39,235 nucleotides of DNA from Octopus bimaculoides (taxonomy: Eukaryota). The notes under the pieces were generated by a model. The model was not told where the DNA came from and ran no database searches. It was given only the letters and a program-made list of their open reading frames with translations. The DNA is taken from contig NC_068981.1 in the NCBI RefSeq assembly GCF_001194135.2, forward strand, positions 153,553,124 to 153,592,358, read 5' to 3'. The position numbers and the translations under genes are program-made. Below are positions 24,880 through 35,778 of the stretch, one piece after another (the first letter of the stretch is position 1; each line of letters starts with the position of its first letter).

Positions 24880-25563
24880 AATATTATCCATTTCCAAGGG
24901 GGCGAGCTGGCAGAAACGTTAGCACACCGGTCGAAATGCTCAGCGGTATTTCGTCTATCTTTCAAATTCTGCCGAGGTCGACTTTGCCTTTCATCCTTTC
25001 GGAGTCGATAAATTAAGTACCAGTTGCGTACTGTGGTCGATCTAATCGACTGGCCCCTCCCCAAAAAAATTTGGGGCCTTGTGCCTAGTGTAGAAAAGAA
25101 TATTATGCATTTCCCTTAGGGCGGCGAGCTGGCAGAATCGATAGCACGCTGGGAAAAATGCTTAGCGGCATTTGGTCTTTCTTTACGCTCTGAGATCAAA
25201 TTCAACCGAGATCGACTTTGCCTTTCATCCTTCGGAGACGATAAATTAAGTACCAGTTGCGTACTGTGGTCGATCTAATCGACTGGCCGAAAGGATGAAA
25301 GGCAAAGTCGACCTCGGCAGTTGAACATTAGAGTCAATGTAATCGACTAATCGACTTAACCCCTCCACAGAAATTACTGACCTTGTGCTAAAATTTTTGA
25401 AACTAATATTATGCATTTCCCTTACGATGGCGAGCTGACAGAATTGTTAGCACACCAGGCACAAAGCTTAGCGTCGTTTCATCCGTCTTTACATTCTGAG
25501 TTCAAATTCCGCCGAAGTTGACTGACCTCGTGCCAAAATTTGAAACCAATATTATTTATTTCC
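24880..25563 (+). mobile_element. Head-to-tail array of three short-family SINEs, delimited by four copies of AATATTAT(G/C/T)(C/T)ATTTCC
   Basis: GGCGAGCTG heads at about 24901, 25124 and 25429. The motif starts at 24880, 25099, 25405 and 25548. Confidence 0.85.
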
Positions 25564-26473
25564 TTTCCTTATTTCACTACTTCTTGATCGCCTCCACCTG
25601 CACTGCATGTTGGCGTGATATATTCCCATCATATGTTCTTACTCCCTATCGAAACTTGCTTTGATGAATATTTTAATCTTATCTCGCATATTAAGCAATC
25701 GTTTATTATTTATCCTTAACCAAGTATTTAAATATTTAACCATGCAACAATTTATTCAACAATCTATTTATTCAATCTTTTTCCTTAATTACTTCATTAT
25801 TTATCCATTTACTTAATAAACTATTTTTTGTATCATCCGCTTAATTAGATATTCATTTAATCAATATACATTATAATAGTTTTCATATATACATTGCACT
25901 AAGTCTTCCAGAGGTAATTCTCATCGACAGGTAACTATCAACACAATACCATCGATATTAATCAACCACGTTCCACGGCATCTTATTGTATTATCCTCCT
26001 ACCAGTCAATTTTTTTCCTGGTCATTTTCAATTATTTCACTGTCAATAACTTCCACTGACGCAGTGTTTATGACATTTTGTGTGGAATTACGTCATATTT
26101 CGAGCGTTAAGAGCATGAGTGCTAATTTAGCCAATGGGATGTGAGATTTATTTCGCCATTATGTATACACACCTGTTGTTATTTTGTCCCTTGTAAATGC
26201 AGTCTGATGAAGTGTCGGTATGCATGGAAACTTACATGTACCAGCCTCTTCACTCGCCAGTTAGAATAATATGTATGTGTGCGTGCGTGCGCGTGTGTGC
26301 ATGTGTGTGTTCGCGCGCGCATGTGTAAATACATATACTTCTTCAATATTATTGACGATGTCCATAGTTTTCTTGTTTAAGAATAATAGATTTGTACTCT
26401 ACAAAAGTATATAGTAATCCATCAGATTAATGTAAAATTGTTTTTATTAAAACAGAACATAAAAAACAATACT

Positions 26474-26512
<39 letters not shown>

Positions 26513-26514
26513 CT

Positions 26515-26700
26515 TTATCTTTATTTTATATTTGTTTCAATCATTAGATTGAGCCATGCTAAGGCACCTTCTTGAAGAATTTTTAGTCGAATGAATCGAC
26601 CCCAGTACATTTTTATAAGCCTGGTACTTACTCTCTCGGTGTCTTTTGCTGAACTGTCAGGCGGTGGGTGGGGAACACAGACCCAAAGACACAAACGCAG
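26515..26700 (-). mobile_element. 3' part of a long-family SINE
   Basis: TTTGTTTCAATCATTAG...GCCATGCT...TTTAGTCGAATGAATCGACCCCAG...GGTACTTA...TCTTTTGCTGAAC. Confidence 0.75.
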
Positions 26701-26755
26701 ATATAGCGTCAAGCTAATACATTCCTTGTGCACGTCCTCTTGTTCGTTAATTTTA

Positions 26756-26817
26756 TTCGTTTATTTGAATTGACTATATACATATATATATATATATAGT
26801 CAATTCAAATAAACGAA
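26756..26817. repeat. Perfect palindrome with 25-bp arms around a (TA)-rich centre
   Basis: TTCGTTTATTTGAATTGACTATATA ... TATATAGTCAATTCAAATAAACGAA. Confidence 0.92.
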
Positions 26818-27104
26818 CACAGTGGATTGTAAATATAGAGAAGCTCCTAATAGCAAAAATTTCTAAAACCAAAATTATGCATTAAAGACCAGCTCTGCAG
26901 ATAAAGGGGTAACTTAGCTCCTGATAGAGTCATGGGAGAGCTGTTCTGGCTTTTAATACAAATAGAAAGAATAAGAGAAAAGAAACGACCCAGTAATGTC
27001 TTGTACTTTATTTATCGACCTTGGAAATATGAAATGTATATTTGACCTCGATTATTAATACATGACACCTTAACGACAATGCCAGTTGCATTGGAGAGAA
27101 GATT
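26817..27104 (+). repeat. 288-bp intronic direct duplication, copy 1
   Basis: Co-linear with 35491-35778; 9 substitutions and no indels by hand (about 97%). Confidence 0.95.
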
Positions 27105-27258
27105 TTAGTTCCAAGGCTTTTTTTGCACATGGCATGATTAAACAGTCACAAATAGAACCTGAAACGTAAAAATGTCAATTAATAAAAAATATAAACCTCT
27201 ACAAGTTAGAATAAACATAAAACGATGTTTTATGAGGTGTCTATTTACTTTTGTCATC

Positions 27259-27301
<43 letters not shown>

Positions 27302-28904
27302 ATATATNNNNNNNNNNNNNNNNNNNNNNNNNNNNNNNNNNNNNNNNNNNNNNNNNNNNNNNNNNNNNNNNNNNNNNNNNNNNNNNNNNNNNNNNNNNNN
27401 NNNNNNNNNNNNNNNNNNNNNNNNNNNNNNNNNNNNNNNNNNNNNNNNNNNNNNNNNNNNNNNNNNNNNNNNNNNNNNNNNNNNNNNNNNNNNNNNNNNN
27501 NNNNNNNNNNNNNNNNNNNNNNNNNNNNNNNNNNNNNNNNNNNNNNNNNNNNNNNNNNNNNNNNNNNNNNNNNNNNNNNNNNNNNNNNNNNNNNNNNNNN
27601 NNNNNNNNNNNNNNNNNNNNNNNNNNNNNNNNNNNNNNNNNNNNNNNNNNNNNNNNNNNNNNNNNNNNNNNNNNNNNNNNNNNNNNNNNNNNNNNNNNNN
27701 NNNNNNNNNNNNNNNNNNNNNNNNNNNNNNNNNNNNNNNNNNNNNNNNNNNNNNNNNNNNNNNNNNNNNNNNNNNNNNNNNNNNNNNNNNNNNNNNNNNN
27801 NNNNNNNNNNNNNNNNNNNNNNNNNNNNNNNNNNNNNNNNNNNNNNNNNNNNNNNNNNNNNNNNNNNNNNNNNNNNNNNNNNNNNNNNNNNNNNNNNNNN
27901 NNNNNNNNNNNNNNNNNNNNNNNNNNNNNNNNNNNNNNNNNNNNNNNNNNNNNNNNNNNNNNNNNNNNNNNNNNNNNNNNNNNNNNNNNNNNNNNNNNNN
28001 NNNNNNNNNNNNNNNNNNNNNNNNNNNNNNNNNNNNNNNNNNNNNNNNNNNNNNNNNNNNNNNNNNNNNNNNNNNNNNNNNNNNNNNNNNNNNNNNNNNN
28101 NNNNNNNNNATATATATAAAATTTAAAATAGCTTGTGTTATTTCAAGTTTCGCAGGTCCCTGACGGGAGCCCGACGCTTTCAGGCTTCTGAAGGACCCGG
28201 GTTTAGAGGGATATATTATCCGGGCGGCTACCATGGTGGGTCTCAGCTAAGTTCCAGGCTACGGCTAACCACATCAATTAGTATTTAATATCCATGACTA
28301 TTATGAGTTGTCACTCATGCTGTAAATTCCTCTGATGGGTAATATATTATATACATTATATATTATATTCTATAACGCAACATTCATGATTGCTATTGGG
28401 TTATAGTATATATATATATATATATATTTTGTATACTACAATCCATCATTCATGATTATTATCATTGTTGTTATTAAATTAAAATTTAAATAATTTTAAC
28501 GCATGCGTGCACATGTACATATGCATACACATATAATAAACATGTCTGTATAATCTGAGTATTCCAAATGTATCCCAATGTAGTCCTTATAATCCTTTGT
28601 ACACCCTGATGATTTTCCATTCAAGGTATTTAAAATGCAAAATTATATATTAATATGTTTTGTAATTGTAGTTTTGTTTGTGAAATGAAACAGTTGTAGG
28701 TGAATATGTTAAGTAATTAATATATTAATTTGTATCCATTAGATCTCTCTCTTTTCTAACTCGATAAAATGTTGGATATTTTACGATATTTTATATATAT
28801 ACATATCTCTTCAAACGATATATTTTATATATATATATCTCTTCAAAATAAATTAAACCAGTGTATCTTGAATAAAATATCCCTATTAGACGTTTAAATA
28901 TCTT

Positions 28905-28945
<41 letters not shown>

Positions 28946-28992
28946 CCACTTAAATGTGGCTGACCCCTAAGGGTGGATGTTACTGTTGCTTT

Positions 28993-29095
<103 letters not shown>

Positions 29096-29657
29096 GGGTG
29101 CACTAAACAGAGTGGAATGAAATATAAATGCGTGCGTAAAGTTGTATTTAATATGTTCGTGTACACAAGGATATAGACAGACACTGCAGAAATTGTCTCG
29201 AGAGAAAAATTTCTCCGGTATGCCTGAAAAATACACAACTGAGCTATGAATATCATTGGAGCATAGGACACATACATTTCCGCGTAATTGCGCGACGTCA
29301 ATAACAGTTACTGAGTCGTTGCTCATGAACACTAAGAAGAACAGAAAATGGAACATTTGTTGATGTGCCAAAAGCTTTGCAAAGCTGAAATTTATTTATT
29401 ACAGGCGCACTAAACAACGTTGGATGAAATATAGATGTATGTGACGGTACGCAACTATACACACACGCTCATGCACGTATAGACGCGCGTGCACACACAC
29501 ACGCACATTTATTCATACATACATATGTATATATGTGTGCGTGTATGCACTTGTACATATGTGTGTGTGTTTGTGTGTGTGTTTGTATTTGCGTGTGTAT
29601 CTATAACCGTATATGAATGCTTGTATGTATACATACTTATACACATTTATGTGAATC

Positions 29658-29697
<40 letters not shown>

Positions 29698-30180
29698 TTC
29701 TACGTATCGGCTGTATACACATAACACATATTGAGACTAAATCTGTCAGATGAGTTCATTAATATATATACAAGGGATGTTTGCAGCGTCCACTGTCTGT
29801 TGTGTTGCATGTCAAAGGATCAGAACGCAATAAAGAACACAGCTTGATGAACAATAGCCGCCTGCTGATAACCGGACTTGGAGGCGCAAAAGACCGGTAG
29901 AGGGCACTGCTGTAATACTAATACGAGGAGGAAGTTACAGTACTTCCCTAGAAGGGAAATTTGCAAGAATTGAGAGAAAGAGCAGGAATTTTAAAGAAAT
30001 TAATTTCCTACCGAAATACATTAAGTAACCAATGTTGATCACGTAGGCCATAAATGTCTATTATTTTCAATACAAGCCAAGGCTTCCAGGATATGAAGGT
30101 TACTGTATTCTTTATTCTTTCTTTACCTTAATTCTTTCTCTTTTCTCTCGCTCTCTCTCTTTCTCTCACTCTCTCTCTCA

Positions 30181-30235
<55 letters not shown>

Positions 30236-30441
30236 NNNNNNNNNNNNNNNNNNNNNNNNNNNNNNNNNNNNNNNNNNNNNNNNNNNNNNNNNNNNNNNNN
30301 NNNNNNNNNNNNNNNNNNNNNNNNNNNNNNNNNNNNNNNNNNNNNNNNNNNNNNNNNNNNNNNNNNNNNNNNNNNNNNNNNNNNNNNNNNNNNNNNNNNN
30401 NNNNNNNNNNNNNNNNNNNNNNNNNNNNNNNNNNNNNNNNN

Positions 30442-30494
<53 letters not shown>

Positions 30495-30736
30495 TACAAA
30501 TATTCACACATACACAGGCACTACTGCGGTTTTGATTGATTATGTCTCCATCACCACCACCACCACCACAACGTCACATCATAAATACAGCAACCTCAGA
30601 ATTAAGAATTGAAATTACGGAATTCCATCAGTATAGCATTTTCGACTATCTTCGGCTTTGCAAAGAGCTCTTGGCTGGACTATGGTCGTTTATTTATTCC
30701 TTTATTTACCATTTATTTATCTATCTATTTCTGTGA

Positions 30737-30855
30737 AGGCTCATGGCTCAGTGGTTACATCGTCGGGCTCGCAATCATGATGTAGTGAGTTCGATTCCCA
30801 GACCGGGATGTATGTTGTGTTTTTGAGCAAGACGCTTTATTTATTTCACATTGCT
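30737..30855 (+). mobile_element. 5' part of a CORE-like SINE
   Basis: GGCTCATGGCTCAGTGGTT (A-box-like), GAGTTCGATTCCC (B-box-like), TTGTGTTTTTGAGCAAGACGCTTTAT. Confidence 0.8.
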
Positions 30856-30899
30856 CAATACTATAATTTAGATTTACAAACTACACATATATAAAGAAA

Positions 30900-31075
30900 T
30901 TGAGTGGTAAAGATCCCCTTTGATCATGAATGACCATGGGATTGCACCTAGAAAGGTTGTTTATGGAAGACTAGCAGTCGCCCATTCATACCAGCTTCCC
31001 CTCTCTCTGCCACCAATGTTATCCAAAGCAAAGGCTGATACAGTTTGGCACCAGTGACGTCGCAACTTATTTCTA
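30900..31075 (-). mobile_element. 3' part of a CORE-like SINE
   Basis: ATGGAAGACTAGCAGTCGCCCAT...TTGGCACCAGTGACGTCGCAAC matches the body of 16200-16320. Confidence 0.7.
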
Positions 31076-31303
31076 TAGAAGAAGTAGTAGTAGTAGTAAA
31101 TGACTGATACTATTTTATCGATATTGGTAACAAAAAAGATGGGAAGCCAATGTCCACTCCGACACGATTTCAACTCCGTACGTAATCCTGTGGGTGTGTG
31201 TATGTATGTATATATATATATATATGTATATTTCAAAATGTAACCACATGTGAATCGTTGACGATTTTCTTCCTCCGTCTTCCTTTCTATTGGACTTTCC
31301 TCT

Positions 31304-31339
31304 GTTTCCGAAGAAGAGCGTCTGCTCGAAACGTTAAAC
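31304..31339 (+). ncRNA. Minimal type-I hammerhead-ribozyme-like motif with a variant core (probably Penelope pLTR-derived)
   Basis: GUUU | CCGAAGA | A | GAGC-GUCU-GCUC | GAAA-CGU-U | AAAC: stem I GUUU/AAAC, stem II 4 bp plus tetraloop, palindromic ACGU in place of stem III, GUU cleavage triplet. The core has C at U4. Confidence 0.5.
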
Positions 31340-31404
31340 CATCTTTCTTTCCTTTCATGTACCACCTCGCAATGTTTCTTTTTCTCTTTGTTCTTTTTGG
31401 GATT

Positions 31405-31483
<79 letters not shown>

Positions 31484-31544
31484 CACATGATCATTCTTTC
31501 TAATATTGATATAAAACTAGGAGCTTGAAGGTAGGAGTAAGTCA

Positions 31545-31930
31545 TTTACATCGCTCCGGTACTTGACTGGTACTTATTTTAACGGTCCCGAAAGGAGGAA
31601 AAGTAAGGCTGACCTTGGTGACATTTGAACTCAGAATGTAAATAGCCGGCAGAAATGTTGCTAAGAATTTTGACAAATGCGATAACGATTGCGCCAGTTC
31701 ACTGGTGTACTAAGCTTTTTTTTGTACTATAGGCACAAGGTCTGAAATTTTGAAGGTGGGGGTGGGTTAGTCGATTATATCAACTCCAGTATGAAACTGA
31801 TAATTATTTGAATTGATCCCGAAAAGATAAAAGGCAAAATCGACCTTGGCGGAATCTGAATCCGGAACGAAAAGCAGAAAGAAATGCCACTAAGCATTTT
31901 TTCCAGCGTGCTAACGATTCTGCCTGCATG
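31545..31930 (-). mobile_element. Two tandem short-family SINE copies
   Basis: Two repeats of GGTACTTATTT...CCCGAAAG...GACCTTGG...TTTGAACTCAG / TCTGAATCC...CTAAG...GCTAACGATT. Confidence 0.8.
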
Positions 31931-31944
31931 CCATCTTGACCACC

Positions 31945-31946
<2 letters not shown>

Positions 31947-32024
<78 letters not shown>
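31947..32024 (+). repeat. (AAT)n microsatellite (others at about 13262-13330 and 32665-32715)
   Basis: Direct reading; accounts for the poly-N and poly-I ORFs. Confidence 0.97.
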
Positions 32025-32025
<1 letters not shown>

Positions 32026-32667
32026 GTCAAAACGAAGAGCGCGATTTTAGATGTTTNNNNNNNNNNNNNNNNNNNNNNNNNNNNNNNNNNNNNNNNNNNN
32101 NNNNNNNNNNNNNNNNNNNNNNNNNNNNNNNNNNNNNNNNNNNNNNNNNNNNNNNNNNNNNNNNNNNNNNNNNNNNNNNNNNNNNNNNNNNNNNNNNNNN
32201 NNNNNNNNNNNNNNNNNNNNNNNNNNNNNNNNNNNNNNNNNNNNNNNNNNNNNNNNNNNNNNNNNNNNNNNNNNNNNNNNNNNNNNNNNNNNNNNNNNNN
32301 NNNNNNNNNNNNNNNNNNNNNNNNNNNNNNNNNNNNNNNNNNNNNNNNNNNNNNNNNNNNNNNNNNNNNNNNNNNNNNNNNNNNNNNNNNNNNNNNNNNN
32401 NNNNNNNNNNNNNNNNNNNNNNNNNNNNNNNNNNNNNNNNNNNNNNNNNNNNNNNNNNNNNNNNNNNNNNNNNNNNNNNNNNNNNNNNNNNNNNNNNNNN
32501 NNNNNNNNNNNNNNNNNNNNNNNNNNNNNNNNNNNNNNNNNNNNNNNNNNNNNNNNNNNNNNNNNNNNNNNNNNNNNNNNNNNNNNNNNNNNNNNNNNNN
32601 NNNNNNNNNNNNNNNNNNNNNNNNNNNNNNNNNNAGGTTCCCCCTTCTGTATAAATCATAACATTTC

Positions 32668-32715
<48 letters not shown>

Positions 32716-32716
<1 letters not shown>

Positions 32717-32862
32717 GTTTCAAATTTTGGCACAGGGCCAGCAATTTGGGGGAAGGGGTAAGTCGATTACATCGACCACAGTGCTCAGCTGGTACTTATT
32801 TTATCGACCCCAAAAGAATAAAAAACAAAGTCGACCTCGGCAGAATTCGAACTCAGAACATA
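32716..32862 (-). mobile_element. Short-family SINE, 3' portion
   Basis: GGTTTCAAATTTTGGCACAGGGCCAGCAA...GGTACTTATTTTATCGACCCC...GTCGACCTCGGCAGAATTCGAACTCAG. Confidence 0.85.
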
Positions 32863-33328
32863 AATTAAAGTTGCAGCTATTTCTGGAATGTACCTATAAT
32901 GCATAATTGCTAGCTCAAACCTCAGTAGTTTCCAAAGAAGAAACTACATACAGTTGGACAAATTGTCTGTGTTGACCATCAATTGGATGCAAATGCGAGG
33001 CCATCTGACACATGGTGGTGTACTCTAAAACAATGAGGTTGTTTTCTTAGAAGTTCAGAAATCTAGGCTCTTATATGATAAAGATGAATGGTACAATGAT
33101 ATGTTTCCTTTTAAATTTAGGCTTTATGGATTATGAAGTTCGCTCGTGGGAGGCCTTTGGTAAGAAGGGCATTCTCGTTTTACTACAGGTGGCAGAGCGC
33201 CCACCTTGGCTTTTCTGTAGAAATATATTTTGTGTTGCAAAATTGGCACAATACACTCATTCTCCACAATAAACACACATTCTTTCTCTTTCTCATCCCT
33301 GCCTCTTTCTGTTTCTCTCTCTCTCTCT

Positions 33329-33386
<58 letters not shown>

Positions 33387-33610
33387 ACACCACATTCCTC
33401 TCCTTTTCTCGCTACCTCTTCCTTCAATTAGCTATTTAACCACATATCATAAAATCAACCTCTTTTTTCCTGTCACTGCTAACACATACACTCTCTCTTT
33501 CTTTCTCTCTTTCTCCTTCTCTCTCTTTCTCACCCCCTCTCTCTCCACCTCTCCCTTCAACTAAGTACATGACAGATTCACATATTTGGCCTCACTGTTT
33601 TAATATATGC

Positions 33611-33772
33611 AACGGAAAAACTGCTTAGCTGCAGTCTTCCAACTTCACATTCTGAGTTCAAATGTCACCGGGGTCGACTTTGCCTTTCATCCTTTCGGAG
33701 TTAATGAAATAAGCTCCAATTGGGTACTGGGGTTGATGTAATCGACTTTCCTCTCCCTGAAATTATTAGCTT
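33611..33772 (+). mobile_element. Diverged short-family SINE
   Basis: CATTCTGAGTTCAAAT...GGTCGACTTTGCCTTTCATCCTTTCGG...GATGTAATCGACTT. Confidence 0.8.
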
Positions 33773-35490
33773 AACATATAGATGATAAAGTGAGAACAAA
33801 AATAAGGCAGGAGTTCAACCAAATAATGTGATTGATCAAAATAAACTGTTCAGTCAAATTTTTACACCATGCCTACTGAGGAGGACCAATAATATCGAAA
33901 CACGTCCGGTGTTGTCAGCGTATTTGAAAAAAATCAAACTCACTCCTCACTGTATTATCCACAGATCATTTTTTACTAATATTAATTTATTTGAATTTCA
34001 GGACTGTCTGTCTTGCTTTTCTTGACCATAATTATTATTCAGGCAAATAGTTTCTTCTCCTTATTACGGACGCAATATTAATTAATTAAAACAACTTGGT
34101 TCGCGGCACTAAGTGTTCTAGCCTCCTCTTACTAAATAATGTCAGTTGACGGAGACAGGAAAACTGGTGAGTTTACAAGTATTTAAACGGTTGTATAATG
34201 ATCAATATACGCATATATACGTATATATATAGTTATATATACGATTATTACGTTCTCAAAAACCGTTATCATGTATATATGAACTGCTGTATAAATGGTT
34301 ATTATGCATCAGAAACAATGTTACATTTGAAATTTTATTAACATTACTAAAAGTTAACAAAATCTGGTGGTACGTAATGTACAAAATATACTGGATTTTG
34401 TTTCGTTTTTGCTTTTGTTTTTTAACGTAAAGAATAGCAACTATTTAATGTAAATAAACGACATTGATTCGAGATTAACAAGATGAACACATACAAGAAT
34501 CTTGTTTATTAGATTATAGTGCAGAGAAAAATATTTAATCGCTGTTTACAACTTAATTTTGTTCATCTGTCATGCGTGAAGTGAAGCTGAAGAAGACATC
34601 TTCACGAGTTAAATACTCGACAAACTCCAAAACATCTTAGCGAGTCAATGACTCGGTTACCTCTTAAAAACAAAGTGACAACACTTATAAATAAATAAAT
34701 AAATAAATAAAAGATGGGGCAACACTTTATAAAATCTCTGCCATTTAATAGCAACCCCAATCCTAATACTTCTAGTTACTTCTTTACTATTTTACCTATT
34801 TTTTTTCCATCTACATTAATTCTTTTTTTTTTCCTTTTTTCTTTCTTTTTTCTTTTCTTTTTCTATTTCAATCTGTGTTCAGCTAATTTCGTTCCGGTTT
34901 CTTTATTTCTCTATTTTTTCTTCCTCAACATCTCTATTACATTTATGGTCTTCTACCTCTCTTTCTCCCTCCTCCTCTCTCTCTCTCACACACACGCACA
35001 CACACTCATACACACACACACACGCACACACACTCATACACACACACACACACGTCTATATACTTCAAACTATCTTTCTTTCATCTATTATTTTCTCTCA
35101 CTCCTACACCCTCTTCCATTTTCTTCCTTACTCTCAGTTATTTCTTTACTCCATACTTCCTCTTCATTCGACATTTATTTCCTTAAGTTTTTATATATTA
35201 CTTTCCCATCGATACTCTCCGATTCAATATAATTCCGACAATTTAGCATCTTCAGTTGGCACAATTCCACAATGTTCTTGGAACAAAAATCACATTTCAC
35301 GCATCTTTCGTGATGAACAAATAATTCCTGCTCTTTGTTCATGTTGGCGATGAAGAATGTTACTTTGTCTTGTAGTCTAGTTTACTGTGTAATATTTAAA
35401 CAGTTTTTAAAAATTGTTATTACGCATTTTTATTAGATATTTTGTCGGTTGTTAATTAAATAAGCACATTGACATCTTGGCTTCACACGG

Positions 35491-35778
35491 ACACAGTGGA
35501 TTGTAAATATAGAGAAGCTCCAAATAACAAAAATTTCTAAAACCAAAATTATGCATTAAAGACCAGCTCTGCAGATAAAGGGGTAACTTAGCTCCTGATA
35601 GAGTCATGGGGGAGCTGTTCTGGCTTTTAATACAAACAGAAAGAATAAAGGAAAAGAATCGATCCAGTAATGTCTTGTACTTTATTTATCGACCTTGGAA
35701 ATATGAAATGTACATTTGACCTCGATTATTAATACATGACACCTTAACGACAATGCCAGTTGCATTGGAGAGAAGATT
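35491..35778 (+). repeat. 288-bp intronic direct duplication, copy 2
   Basis: See 26817-27104. Confidence 0.95.
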
